Source: a virus
Taxonomy: Duplodnaviria; Caudoviricetes
DNA: 56,923 nucleotides
IMG/VR virus record: IMGVR_UViG_3300018914_000073
Span: 1-56,923 of that record
Reading direction: 5' to 3' (one strand)
Shown here one piece after another: positions 8,907 through 18,686 of the stretch. The translations under genes were made by a program, and so were the position numbers. Numbering within the stretch: the stretch's first letter is position 1; each line of letters opens with the position of its first letter. The notes below the pieces were generated by a model. That model was not told where the DNA came from. It searched no databases and saw only the letters and a list, made by a program, of their open reading frames with translations.

Positions 8907-10832
8907 TCAGGCGGTCAGGGCCTGAAGCTCGGTGTTGGAGAGGCGCTCGGGGAAGTAGGTGACGCGGCGGATGTAGCCATTGAGAGGAACCGTACCTCCC
9001 GGCCGGGTTCCGAGACGCAAGGCCGACACGGCCGGGATAGCCGCAGCCCCGGTCGTGACTGCGGACCCGCCACTCGAGACGCCGCAATCGGCCGCCTTGT
9101 AAGCGCCCGCGATGCGCGACACACTGCCATCGGCGATAGCTGCGCCTGGGGCCACATCGAACCCTGTGACACCGCCGCTCGTCACCACAAACCCGCCGAT
9201 GTTCGGGATATTGCGCGTGATCATCATACGGTTTGACGCGGTGCCGTCATCGACGTGCAGGAGGGTATCCGATGCAAGCCCAGCCGTCCCGGGGTTATGA
9301 AGCGCCTCGGCATAGAAGGTACCCTCGACCGGATTGAACTCCGCCCCGAGCGCCCGCGTGATCTGATCAGCCTGGCGCGTCGCCGCAGAGCCCGTCGTGC
9401 GGATCGGAGATGTGGCAAAGGCACCCTGCTCAATCTGTGGCGAGCCAATGCGCTCCTGACAGGTCATGCTCACACCGCTGACGTGAGTAACCAGCAGGCG
9501 AAACAGCACAAAAGCGGTATTGGCCGGAAGATTGGCAAAGGTCACTTCATGCCTCTTCCAACTCAGTCGATCTGCATAGATGTTCTTGACAGCCGGTGAC
9601 CCGACCTGAGCACTTGAGGAATTGAGAGCATAGATTAGCAGCTCAATCTTCGTGATGTCCGGATCATCGACGAGCATCTGGTAGAACAGCGAAGCGGTCC
9701 AAGTCTCACCAGCGTTTGCTGGAGCGGATCCGATGGGTTGCATAAAATCGATGTAGCGACTGGCGCTTCCTGTCGTTCCACTCCACGCAATATCGACAGT
9801 ATTGATAGCGCTGGCGGCGTCCACAGCGACAAGGGTCCGCGTCAGCCCTGCCCCCGAGTAACCCCATCCTGTCGGCGAACCGTTTACTCCGGCTACGGCG
9901 CCCACCATCCCGCTGTTCTTCACTTGGTTCGTCCGCGCCTCCTCGACCAGCAGGCCGTTGTCAGTGATCCGGGGCTCGTTCGCCGCAAACGACACCCAGG
10001 TGCCGTCCGCGCGCTGCGCCATGCCGGGAGAGGCGCGCACACAGGTGAAAGCCGCCGCCCGCTCCGTCGTGGTGCGGTCAATGGCATAGACGTCGTTCAC
10101 GAAGTCGAAGTCGAGGCTGCTGCCCTCCATCGACCAGAACGCCGCCGTATAGTCGAACACGACAGTGGTGTGCAGCGGAGCCAGGCGCCGGAACACGCAT
10201 TCAAGGTCAGTGGCGACCGCGAAGCCCTCGAGGGGCGTGTCGTCGCACTCACCCTCGTCGCAGTAGAACCAGGTATCCCCGAGCCCGTTGAGCCGCACCA
10301 CCCATTCATGGTGGCCGTTGACGTTCACCACCGTGTCGTCGCCGTCGCATTCCGACACGTCGCAGATGAAGTCCGAGGGCTCGGTGATGGTGACCTCGTA
10401 CCCGATGGAGGCGGCCAGGCACACAAAGTAGGCCGGGCTCGACCCTCCCTGTGCCCCGAAGCGCGCCCGCACGGCGTTGATGCGGCCCTGCACGCCGGAT
10501 TCCGGCGAGGTACAGGGATCGGGAAGGCCGTATTCCGCCTCCCAATCCTCAAGAGAGAACGTGATGCCGGAGGGAAAGCACTGCACGGCCGTGTCGAAGG
10601 CGGCCTTGTAGAGGTCCGCCATCCAGCCGGCCATAGCGGTCCAGACCTTGCGCATCACCGGCGAGGCGCCCGTGCCGTCGCTGGCCTCGTCCGTGCCCCA
10701 GATCACCCCGCGCGGGGCGGTGGCAATCACCTGCGGCAGCAGATCCTCCTGCGCCGGAGCGCTCAGCCGGTCGCCCACCGAAGGCGGGGAGGCAGGCAGC
10801 AGCGCGCAAGGCCAGCCGGGCTGAACCGCCAT
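8907..10832 (-). CDS. Mu gp48-like (YmfQ/DUF2313) baseplate wedge protein fused to a long beta-rich spike/receptor-binding-like region
   Basis: N-terminal PRG.IW, LEDWEAEYGLPDPC, LECVFRRLAPLHT; then GLLVEEARTN and QIEQGAFATSPIRT..ATR, ending YFPERLSNTELQALT. Confidence 0.75.
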   Translation of the reverse strand: MAVQPGWPCALLPASPPSVGDRLSAPAQEDLLPQVIATAPRGVIWGTDEASDGTGASPVMRKVWTAMAGWMADLYKAAFDTAVQCFPSGITFSLEDWEAEYGLPDPCTSPESGVQGRINAVRARFGAQGGSSPAYFVCLAASIGYEVTITEPSDFICDVSECDGDDTVVNVNGHHEWVVRLNGLGDTWFYCDEGECDDTPLEGFAVATDLECVFRRLAPLHTTVVFDYTAAFWSMEGSSLDFDFVNDVYAIDRTTTERAAAFTCVRASPGMAQRADGTWVSFAANEPRITDNGLLVEEARTNQVKNSGMVGAVAGVNGSPTGWGYSGAGLTRTLVAVDAASAINTVDIAWSGTTGSASRYIDFMQPIGSAPANAGETWTASLFYQMLVDDPDITKIELLIYALNSSSAQVGSPAVKNIYADRLSWKRHEVTFANLPANTAFVLFRLLVTHVSGVSMTCQERIGSPQIEQGAFATSPIRTTGSAATRQADQITRALGAEFNPVEGTFYAEALHNPGTAGLASDTLLHVDDGTASNRMMITRNIPNIGGFVVTSGGVTGFDVAPGAAIADGSVSRIAGAYKAADCGVSSGGSAVTTGAAAIPAVSALRLGTRPGGTVPLNGYIRRVTYFPERLSNTELQALTA

Positions 10833-10844
10833 GAGGGGAACTCC

Positions 10845-11939
10845 TTAGACAGTGGTGTAGGAAACCGTGCCGAGCACCGGGTAGTGCGCCGGCGTGGAAT
10901 AGGTGAGGTATTCGGGCAGCCCCGGCAGGGAGTGGCTTTCCTCGCCCGTGGCGCGCGAGATCGCCTCCGAGATCCAGGCGCGGGGCAGCTGGAAGCTCTT
11001 GGAGGGGGTTGCCGGCGCGGCCCGGTCGGCGAACATCGCCTTCAGCTCCGCCTCCACCGCCGCCCGTATGGCCGGGGTGTCGTGGCTGAGGTTCGCGATG
11101 GTGAGGTTCACCGCTTGCGGCACCGGCGCCACGACCGTGACACGGGCCGTCACCGGGCGGCGGATCGGGTCCTGCACATAGGCCTGCACCGCCGCCACAT
11201 CGGCCCCGCTCGGGATGCCATTGGTGCGGTCGGAGCGCAGGAAGCAGATCCAGACCTCACGCGCATCGCCGATGAAGCTGTCGACGAAGACACGCGAGAC
11301 CGCGCCTGAGCTTTCCTTGACCCAGCGGATCCAGTCCGTGGCCGATCCGCCCTGGGGCGGGTTGCGCTTGCGGTCGAGGACGCGCTGGCGGAAGCTCTCG
11401 ACCGGCTCGACATCGGCGCCGCCGCCCAAGCCGCCCGATGCGACAGTGGCCGTCGTGCCAAGGCCGGGCACGACGCCGGTATCGACGAGCGTCAGGACCG
11501 CTCCAGCCGGTGTGTTGCGGGCGGCTCCGTCGCTGAGCGACTCCAGTTGAATTGTGGTCGATGCCCCTGCCCCAACGGCGCTGGCGCGGGTGCGAAACAG
11601 CTCCCCGTCCGCCCGGCGGAAGGTTAGTCCGAAGGGGATCACCGTGCCGGAGGGGCATGAAATTGTCGCCGTGCCGGTCGCCACCGTGGCCGGGATGCGG
11701 GTGATGCCGAGCTCGAAGCCATGACGGGTCAGCCAGGTCTCATCAGCTGTGGAGGCGAAGAGCTGCCGGTAGAGGAATCCCAGCCGCAGGTGCCATTCCT
11801 TGGCGTGAAGGGCGAGCACCTTGGCCAGGATGGGAAACAGGTTTGGCCACAGGTCGATGGTTGCCCCTTCCGTCGCATTGGCGATGATCAGGCGCGCGCG
11901 CTGCGACAGTTCGGAGAGCTTGGGAACGACGAAGGTCAT
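10845..11939 (-). CDS. Baseplate J / Mu gp47 family protein
   Basis: GGADVEPVESFRQRVL...PPQGGSATDW motif; baseplate position. Confidence 0.9.
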   Translation of the reverse strand: MTFVVPKLSELSQRARLIIANATEGATIDLWPNLFPILAKVLALHAKEWHLRLGFLYRQLFASTADETWLTRHGFELGITRIPATVATGTATISCPSGTVIPFGLTFRRADGELFRTRASAVGAGASTTIQLESLSDGAARNTPAGAVLTLVDTGVVPGLGTTATVASGGLGGGADVEPVESFRQRVLDRKRNPPQGGSATDWIRWVKESSGAVSRVFVDSFIGDAREVWICFLRSDRTNGIPSGADVAAVQAYVQDPIRRPVTARVTVVAPVPQAVNLTIANLSHDTPAIRAAVEAELKAMFADRAAPATPSKSFQLPRAWISEAISRATGEESHSLPGLPEYLTYSTPAHYPVLGTVSYTTV

Positions 11940-12445
11940 TGAACCAATTTCCAGAGAGGATCGAAACGGACGTTCGTGGTGGTGCGGCCGTCCCGGCCAA
12001 TCACCGCCACCTCGAGAGCGATGCGCCCTTCCGCCTTCTGCACCGTCGCCTTCACGTCGATGCGGGTGGCGGCGCCCTGGCGGATGAGCGGCTGCAGGGC
12101 GCGACGGGCCTCATCCTCGACCGCCCTTCCCGTCTCGTCGGTCAGCTCGTGCCGCCGGTAGAGCCAGAGCTTGGAGCCCAGCTCCGTCTCGCCGCGGGAG
12201 GCGTCGATGTCGAAGCCGTCGCCGGGCCAGCCGCGGGGGTCGCCGGCATGCTCGTGCCGCAGCTCGTCGGCGGACGCCCGGGCATCGGTCAGCAGGCAGA
12301 GCACGATCGCGGTGGCAATCGGGTTCTGTGCAAGCAAGCCGGTGCGCTCGTCGAGCACGAAATCCCCGGTGGTGCCGTCGACGATCACGACATCGGGCGG
12401 CAGGACCGTGCGGTCCGACCCGGAGAGAGGCTTGATGGTGAGCAT
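11936..12445 (-). CDS. Mu gp46-like baseplate protein
   Basis: CLLTDARA, RGWPGD, LGSKLWLYRR, ALQPLI motifs. Confidence 0.88.
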   Translation of the reverse strand: MLTIKPLSGSDRTVLPPDVVIVDGTTGDFVLDERTGLLAQNPIATAIVLCLLTDARASADELRHEHAGDPRGWPGDGFDIDASRGETELGSKLWLYRRHELTDETGRAVEDEARRALQPLIRQGAATRIDVKATVQKAEGRIALEVAVIGRDGRTTTNVRFDPLWKLVQ

Positions 12446-12456
12446 GGAGAGCCCTT

Positions 12457-12720
12457 TCAGGAGCACTCGAAGGTGGGCGAGCCGTCGGAGATCACCGCGC
12501 CGCAGCCGCAGACCGAGCCAACCCGGGCGGCAGGCTTGCCCTCCACCTCAAGGTTGGGCGAGCCGGTGAGGATGGGCGTCACCCCATGACCGGGGATCGG
12601 GCAATCGTGGAGATCGCCGACCCGGGCGATGAGGATGCCGTCGGCATACGTGCGCGCGGAGGACGAGATGATGACCCCGCCATGATCGGAGGGGTCGCCG
12701 AGGCGAGCGACTTTGGGCAT
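12457..12720 (-). CDS. PAAR-domain spike tip protein
   Basis: MPKVARLGD...ARVGDLHDCPIPGHG...GKPAARVG..CGCGA. Confidence 0.92.
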   Translation of the reverse strand: MPKVARLGDPSDHGGVIISSSARTYADGILIARVGDLHDCPIPGHGVTPILTGSPNLEVEGKPAARVGSVCGCGAVISDGSPTFECS

Positions 12721-13115
12721 CAGGAATTGATCTTCACTTTGCCGTCGGCGGTCATCACCATGGTGGCGGCGCCGCAGACATGCTCGATCTTCTGGGCATG
12801 GACGATGCGCATGTTGCTCTGCACGAGCGACACCGCCGAGCCGTACATGTCGTAGAGCACCGTGCCGCCGAGCTGGGTGGCCTTGGGCCGATACTGCGGA
12901 TGTTCCAGCCCGAGGACCGCAACGAGATCTCGCTGCCCGTGCAAGGCCATGCCGATGCCGTGGGAGCCGGCGGGCGGATGGGAGGAGAGGCCGAACGGCT
13001 GCACCCGATGCACCCGGGTCAGCTCCTCGCCCCCGACGCCGAAGAGGGTGACCGTCTGCTGGCCGCCATCGTCCTGCGTCTCGCGCAGCTCGGTGCGGAA
13101 GATGTCGTAGTTCAT
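12720..13115 (-). CDS. Mu gp45-like baseplate spike protein
   Basis: QPFGLSSHPP and GGTVLYDMYG motifs. Confidence 0.85.
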   Translation of the reverse strand: MNYDIFRTELRETQDDGGQQTVTLFGVGGEELTRVHRVQPFGLSSHPPAGSHGIGMALHGQRDLVAVLGLEHPQYRPKATQLGGTVLYDMYGSAVSLVQSNMRIVHAQKIEHVCGAATMVMTADGKVKINS

Positions 13116-14170
13116 TCCAACAGCCCCTTGCCGGCGTCATAGGCTTTGTCGGACTTGCCCTTCGGCTTCTTGCCGCCATGGCTGCGCGGGTCGACGAAGG
13201 TGAGTGCCGCGGTCGCGCCCTGATGGTTCTGGGTGAAGGTGACGCTGGACAGGATCATGTCCTGATCCACCCGCTCGCTCGGCAACTTGATTGCCATCAG
13301 ACGTCCGGGCTCCCAGAGCAGGCCGTCCGCATCGCGCCAGGTGGTGACCGTGATCGAAATCGAGGTGCTCGTGCCCTGCCGCCGCAGGCGCTCCCATTGC
13401 GCCCGGGTCTTCAGGTCCTCCTCTGTGCCGTCCCCTTCCAGGAACACGACTAGAGGCCGGTAGCGGCCGACCTCAGGGTCGTATTCCTTGACCTCCTGCC
13501 GCAGATCCTTGGCGCTGGTGCCGAGCGCGCGCTGCGCCTTCGCCGTCACCTCGGAGAACTTGCCCTCGGCCGAGAAGCTCACGCCGAAGCGCTTGATCGG
13601 CGGCTGGCCCTCGACCAGTGCCCCGGCATGGCGCTTCGAGCCGGCCCGGGTGATGAGCACGCCGCCGTCGGGCTTGCCCATCAGCATCAGGCCCTGCGCG
13701 CGCGCCTCCCGCTCCAGGGTCTCGTGCACGCTGTCGGTGGGATAGCGCTGCACCTTCGGGATGGGCTTGAGCGGCACGTCGGCCTCGTAGCCGATGCCGA
13801 ACTCGTCGAACTCCTTGGCCACGTCCAGGAGGGTCTTGCCCTCGACGCGGCCGGTGGGGTGCTTGGCCGGCGGACAGTCGATGGCATCCGCCGCCTTCGA
13901 GCGGCCGGAGACGCGCACCTCGTGCTGCCCGCCTTCGCCGTGATCGGCCTCGTAGCGGTCGGTGTAGCCCCGGCATAGAAGCGTGCTGTTGGGATAAAGC
14001 TCCACCAGCGCGCCAAGCCGCAGCTCCCAGGCATCCTCGTGCCAGGATGGGTTCGTGGCCTTGAGGCCGAAGGTGATCGCCGCCTGCTCCATCGAGCGGG
14101 TGACGTTCACCTCCTGGAAGCCGGCGAGCTTTTTGCCGCCGACCACCAGGGTCACGATCTCTTCGGTCAT
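13112..14170 (-). CDS. Mu gp44/P-like baseplate hub protein
   Basis: VSGRSKAADAIDC and RAQWERLRR motifs; synteny. Confidence 0.85.
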   Translation of the reverse strand: MTEEIVTLVVGGKKLAGFQEVNVTRSMEQAAITFGLKATNPSWHEDAWELRLGALVELYPNSTLLCRGYTDRYEADHGEGGQHEVRVSGRSKAADAIDCPPAKHPTGRVEGKTLLDVAKEFDEFGIGYEADVPLKPIPKVQRYPTDSVHETLEREARAQGLMLMGKPDGGVLITRAGSKRHAGALVEGQPPIKRFGVSFSAEGKFSEVTAKAQRALGTSAKDLRQEVKEYDPEVGRYRPLVVFLEGDGTEEDLKTRAQWERLRRQGTSTSISITVTTWRDADGLLWEPGRLMAIKLPSERVDQDMILSSVTFTQNHQGATAALTFVDPRSHGGKKPKGKSDKAYDAGKGLLE

Positions 14171-14637
14171 GAGGCCAGCGCCTCCAGGGCGGTCGGCATG
14201 AACAGCGAGGTCGTCACCCCATTGCGCGAAACCAGCTCCTCGGCCCGCTCCGGATCGCCGTAGAGACGCCAGGCGAGCACCGTCGACGGGAAGGAGCGCA
14301 TGCTCTCGACCAGCACCACGGGCTTCAGGTCGAGGGACGTGCGCGAGAGGTGCTCGATGGCGTGCTGCACCGCATCGGAAGCGGCACGCCAGACCTCCTC
14401 GTTGGTGTACTCGGCAATCCGCTCCAGCGCCGGCTCGGCCGTCGCCGCGAGTTCCTGAATGGCAGCCTGCGCCTGCTGCCGGTCGGCATACTCGATGCTG
14501 GCGTAAGCGACGGCGGCTTCGGCGAGCAGGGCCGCTTCAAGGCACGCCGCCGCGGCCCGCGCCAGGCGCGATTGCGCCTGCAGCGCCGGCGAGGACGTGC
14601 TCATCAGCGCCAAGGCGTCGTCGTAGAGCGTGGTCAT
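14167..14637 (-). CDS. C-terminal part of a Mu gpN-like DNA circularization protein, encoded separately
   Basis: PSTVLAWRLYGDPERAEELVSRN...LFMP motif; ATG overlaps the upstream stop (TGATG). Confidence 0.75.
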   Translation of the reverse strand: MTTLYDDALALMSTSSPALQAQSRLARAAAACLEAALLAEAAVAYASIEYADRQQAQAAIQELAATAEPALERIAEYTNEEVWRAASDAVQHAIEHLSRTSLDLKPVVLVESMRSFPSTVLAWRLYGDPERAEELVSRNGVTTSLFMPTALEALAS

Positions 14638-15410
14638 CACAGTCCCTTCACGAGTGCGCCCACCTGCCGGGAGGCGGCGAGCATCATCGGTGCGGCCTGG
14701 AGCGGATTGGCAGCCCCGCCGATCTCCCGCACCACACCGGAGAGCGTTCCGACGGCGCTGCCGAGATTGGCCGCTGAGGTGAGGCCAGAGGCGAGCACGC
14801 CAGCGCCTGCCACCTTCGAAGCGAGCGAGGCGCCGAGATCCACTGGCAGCGGCAGGGACGAGGCGAGATTGCCGACCACGCCGCCGAGGGCCTGGGTGAC
14901 GGTGCCGGCCATCGAAAGGCTGGCGCCGCCGAGCAGGGTGCCGGCGACCCCTGATAGCATGGAGTTCGCCGCGCCGCCGAGCAGCCCGGCCGCCGCGCCC
15001 GCGAGCCGGTCGCCCAGGGCAAGGCTGGGGAAAGCCGAACTGGCACCCGCCTCGACGGCCTCGAAATCGAAGCCGACATAGCCGAGCCGGTCTTTCGAAT
15101 GGTTCGTGCTGACGTCGCCCGAGATCCGGACCTCGACTGGCCCAAGCATCGGCAGCATCAGCATGCCGGGGCCCGGAGAGGTCAGGGCAGCGACAAGCGC
15201 CGCGCCCTGCACGTCGGCCATGTCGTTGGCGATGTAGGCCGTGATCCGGTAGCGCTTGGCCTTGCGGCCCATGTCCTCCGTCTGGATCTCCTCCGAGCGG
15301 ACATACTCGTGCACGGCCACGTGGCGGCCCGCGACAAGCCCTTCGGTCTCGACGTGGAACGGCACCCCACGGAAGGAAGCCGGCCGCAGGGTCTTGGTCC
15401 AATCACGCAT
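14637..15410 (-). CDS. DNA circularization protein, N-terminal domain (Mu gpN-like)
   Basis: W...LRPASFRGVPF, HEY, EDMGR, GPGMLMLP motifs. Confidence 0.88.
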   Translation of the reverse strand: MRDWTKTLRPASFRGVPFHVETEGLVAGRHVAVHEYVRSEEIQTEDMGRKAKRYRITAYIANDMADVQGAALVAALTSPGPGMLMLPMLGPVEVRISGDVSTNHSKDRLGYVGFDFEAVEAGASSAFPSLALGDRLAGAAAGLLGGAANSMLSGVAGTLLGGASLSMAGTVTQALGGVVGNLASSLPLPVDLGASLASKVAGAGVLASGLTSAANLGSAVGTLSGVVREIGGAANPLQAAPMMLAASRQVGALVKGL

Positions 15411-15419
15411 GATGAGCCC

Positions 15420-17420
15420 TTATCGCGGTCCGGCCTTGATGTGCGGCATGGAGGTACCGACCCTGCCCTGAGCGTTGCCGCTCGACGCCGCCGACATGCC
15501 GGTCACCCGGCCATCGCCCTCGACGCTGACCTTCACGTTGACGTCCACCTTCGATGCCGGATCGAGAGACACCTGCCCTGTCACATCGACCGGAACGGGT
15601 TGATCCACGGTGGCTTTGATGTCGGTCAGGCTATTGAGCAGTGAACCGAAGTTCCCGAAGCCTGTTCCGCCGGCGGAGGTGCCACCCGTCAGGGGACCAG
15701 CATTGATGGGACCGTCAATCCTCCCGAAGGCTTCGAAGCCCGGTCCTCTCAGGCGGGTCAGGCGGGCATCAGTGGCGCTGAGCTCCTGCTGCATCTCGTA
15801 CATGCGCTTCTCGTAGAGGCGGCGGTTCTCAAGCCGGCTGTTGACCTGATAGAGCCGCCTCTCGGTGTCCCGAAGCCCGAAATGCCCGCTGGCTCTCTGA
15901 CGCTCTGCGCGCTCCCTGAGATCGGCTGCCTCCTGCTGGTCACGGATCAGATCAGCGTCGACCGCTGCTCTGACAGATCGCTGCTGATCCCCAATAGACG
16001 GGAAGATCCAGCGCTGCAGCGTCATGTCCTTGTCGCCAAAGAGCCATTCGCGGATCTGGGCGCCCGCTTCCTGCTGCTCCTTGATCTCGGCCTCCAGAGC
16101 CTTCTTGCCTGCATCCGGATCACGCCCGGCCGCAACATCCCTGGCACGGCGCTGAGCCTCAAGCCGGTCGAGGATCGTCTCGCCCTTCTCGATCCTATCG
16201 ACGACCTGATTGATCTCCTCGGCGATCCCACCCGCGATCCCTTTGAAGGCGTTGCCGGCGCGGACCCCGAGAACCTCGATCGCACGGGCCGCCCGATCAA
16301 GCCTACCGACGTCCGTGTTGATGGATGTAGTGAAGTTCGCGAAGACCGAGCCTGCATACTTGCTCTTGTCGCCGACGAGGCCGAGAGCCCTCTGCACGCC
16401 GCTTATATTGCCGGCGAGAATGGCGATGTTGTCTTGATATTCCTTGCCGAACAGATCGGTCAGGATCTCCGCCCGCTTGATCGGATCAGCGACCTTGTTG
16501 ATGCGCTCAAGCAGCTTCACCGTGGTTTCGAGCGGCTTCTTGGCGAATTCCTTTTGCACCTTGGCAGCGTTCAACCCGAGGGCAGCGAAGCCTTCTTTAC
16601 TGCTGTCGAGGAACTTATCCCCCAACGCCATCATGTTCATGAGGGTGTTGAAGGTGTTGGCAGCGACCTCCGTGTTGACACCGACCTCCTTCATCGCCGC
16701 GCCCATGGCGATGGTTTGCTCGGCGGTGAGACCCGCTTGATCGCCGGCGGCGCCTGATCGGCGGATGAACTCGATCAGGTCCGATTCGCGAGCCGCCGCA
16801 TTGTCGGCCACGTAGTTGATGGCGTCGCCGATCTCCTCAAGCCGAGACTGGCTGGCCTTGTAGGTGTTGGCAATCTCAGCGAGCGCTTGACCGGTCTCTG
16901 CGGCAGAGGTGCCCCAAGCTGCTGTAGCTTTGGCAGCATACTCAGTATACCGGGTCAGGTCCTGTGTCGGGCGCCCGGCGAAGGCCGCTGCCGCCATGAT
17001 GCTGCCGATCTCCTCCTTCGTCTTGCCTGTTGCCCGGGACAGATCGAGGATGGATCTCTCGTAGGCTTTCAGATCATCACCCGACGCGTTGGTTGCCTTG
17101 CCGACCTCGATCATCGTGCGCTCGAGCGAGATCGCCTGATCGGTCGCAAGCTTCATGCCATAGCCAATGGCGGCGGGACCCAGCACTCGGGATGCGATGC
17201 CCGCGGCGGCCATGTTGACCGCGGATCCTACGCGATCTGCCTGCCGAACCTGCCAGTCGAGCACTCGGGCGGTCCGGGCGGCGGCGGCGTTCGAGGCTGC
17301 ATTCGCCCGCTTTGCCGCCCGGCTGATGTTCTCGATCTTTCGCGAGACATCGTTAAAGACCCGGCCGGTCCCATCCCTGGCGACGATCCGGGCTTCGGCC
17401 GTCATGGTTCGAGTGGCCAT
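15420..17420 (-). CDS. Phage tail tape measure protein
   Basis: 666-aa Ala-rich helical protein; GDAINYVADN and LFGKEY motifs; follows the chaperone. Confidence 0.9.
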   Translation of the reverse strand: MATRTMTAEARIVARDGTGRVFNDVSRKIENISRAAKRANAASNAAAARTARVLDWQVRQADRVGSAVNMAAAGIASRVLGPAAIGYGMKLATDQAISLERTMIEVGKATNASGDDLKAYERSILDLSRATGKTKEEIGSIMAAAAFAGRPTQDLTRYTEYAAKATAAWGTSAAETGQALAEIANTYKASQSRLEEIGDAINYVADNAAARESDLIEFIRRSGAAGDQAGLTAEQTIAMGAAMKEVGVNTEVAANTFNTLMNMMALGDKFLDSSKEGFAALGLNAAKVQKEFAKKPLETTVKLLERINKVADPIKRAEILTDLFGKEYQDNIAILAGNISGVQRALGLVGDKSKYAGSVFANFTTSINTDVGRLDRAARAIEVLGVRAGNAFKGIAGGIAEEINQVVDRIEKGETILDRLEAQRRARDVAAGRDPDAGKKALEAEIKEQQEAGAQIREWLFGDKDMTLQRWIFPSIGDQQRSVRAAVDADLIRDQQEAADLRERAERQRASGHFGLRDTERRLYQVNSRLENRRLYEKRMYEMQQELSATDARLTRLRGPGFEAFGRIDGPINAGPLTGGTSAGGTGFGNFGSLLNSLTDIKATVDQPVPVDVTGQVSLDPASKVDVNVKVSVEGDGRVTGMSAASSGNAQGRVGTSMPHIKAGPR

Positions 17421-17520
17421 TAGCGCTTCCTCTTCCGTCGCTCAACGAAGTCGACTGCCATCAGCTTCCACTCGACAAGGCGGGAGAGTGGCATTTTCTC
17501 GATGGCTGCCGGATCGACAC

Positions 17521-17865
17521 TCAGCTCGAAGGCGAGCTCTTGGGCGAGCTGTCGGTAGATGAGCTCGTCGCTCGGGCCTCGGTAAAAAAACTCAGCATGA
17601 CCTCAGAGACGGCAAGGCTGTCCTTGAGGTTCAGCTTGGGAAGCATGAGACCAACGCCGCCTTCAGCACAGCGCTCGCAGTACTCCCCGATCGCTGGCCA
17701 GTTCACGGTCCTAACGAAGTGGCCATCCGATGTTCGGATGACGTCGATCGGATCGCCAATGTCGATTAGCTCGGCGAAGGTCGGTTCCCGGAATACGATC
17801 TGTGAGATTGGCCCGGCATGACCGATCAAAGGCTCGGTGAGAGTTACTGTCTTGCTTTTTGGCAT
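17521..17865 (-). CDS. Tail assembly chaperone; a -1 frameshift product is predicted to extend to 17420
   Basis: Between tube and tape measure; LTEPL...FREPT motif; slippery T7 run. Confidence 0.8.
   Translation of the reverse strand: MPKSKTVTLTEPLIGHAGPISQIVFREPTFAELIDIGDPIDVIRTSDGHFVRTVNWPAIGEYCERCAEGGVGLMLPKLNLKDSLAVSEVMLSFFTEARATSSSTDSSPKSSPSS
17584..17590 (-). other. Programmed -1 ribosomal frameshift site (T TTT TTT)
   Basis: AGT TTT TTT ACC; the -1 frame is open to a TAA that overlaps the tape-measure ATG (TAATG). Confidence 0.8.
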
Positions 17866-17908
17866 CTGTCATTCCTAAATGTGTGCACCTTGGCTTCGGG
17901 GTACACCG

Positions 17909-18253
17909 ATGGAATTTCTATTTCTCTGGCTCGGCCTCTCGATCGTGGTCTGGGTAGGCGCTTCGTCGAAAGGACGCTTCGGCTTCGGCTGGTTCCTACT
18001 CGCGATCATCATCTCGCCTTTGATTGCAGGACTCTTGGTCCTGGTCCTCCCGAGCCGCCGTCCGCAGCCGGTGACGATCGTTCAGGCGTCACAAGGGCAG
18101 CCTAATAACCTGAAAAGGTGCCCTGAATGCGCAGAGGTCGTGCAGGCGGACGCCAGGATTTGTCGGTTCTGTCGGCACGAATTCTACCCGGCACAGCCAC
18201 CCGCCAGCCCGCCCCGACAGCCTGATCGGAACTTCAAGCTGCCACCTGTTTGA
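17909..18253 (+). CDS. Membrane protein with C-terminal zinc ribbon; inverted cargo gene
   Basis: Two TM segments; CPECAE...ICRFCRHEF; opposite strand within the tail operon. Confidence 0.75.
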   Translation: MEFLFLWLGLSIVVWVGASSKGRFGFGWFLLAIIISPLIAGLLVLVLPSRRPQPVTIVQASQGQPNNLKRCPECAEVVQADARICRFCRHEFYPAQPPASPPRQPDRNFKLPPV

Positions 18254-18275
18254 AAGCACCGGGCCGGTAGGGATC

Positions 18276-18641
18276 CTAAGTCAGCTGATAGCTGTCCGTA
18301 GCAATGCTGATCCCGCTCACCTCGCCAGTCGCAGTGTTGAGCGCCGCCCCGTCCCCCACGAAGCTGGCCCTGGTAAAGAGGTGGGTCCGTTTCGTGTCCG
18401 TCTCCCGGAAGGTGACGTTGATCTCCTGCAGGAGCATTGCCTCATCCCACTTCAGCCCGACACCTCGGTCAAAGGTCAGTTCAAGCGTGGCGAGCCGGGG
18501 CTGAATGGTCCGGTAGGCAGAATTGTCCATGTTGGCCCCTGCCGTGATCCCAACCCGGCTCGCGTTGATGGTAGCCTCGCCGCGCCCTGAATAAACGCGG
18601 CCATTGATCTCGATTTCGAAGCGACCGCCCTTGGTGTCCAT
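18276..18641 (-). CDS. Contractile tail tube protein (Mu-like)
   Basis: 121 aa immediately downstream of the sheath gene. Confidence 0.78.
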   Translation of the reverse strand: MDTKGGRFEIEINGRVYSGRGEATINASRVGITAGANMDNSAYRTIQPRLATLELTFDRGVGLKWDEAMLLQEINVTFRETDTKRTHLFTRASFVGDGAALNTATGEVSGISIATDSYQLT

Positions 18642-18686
18642 GGCGCGCGTCTCCTGCTGTTACGGGAAGTGAACGAAGGGGCGGCG

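Noticed and set aside
8164-10832. Diversity-generating retroelement or invertible tail-fibre cassette
   Set aside because: No reverse transcriptase, invertase or template/variable repeat pair was seen
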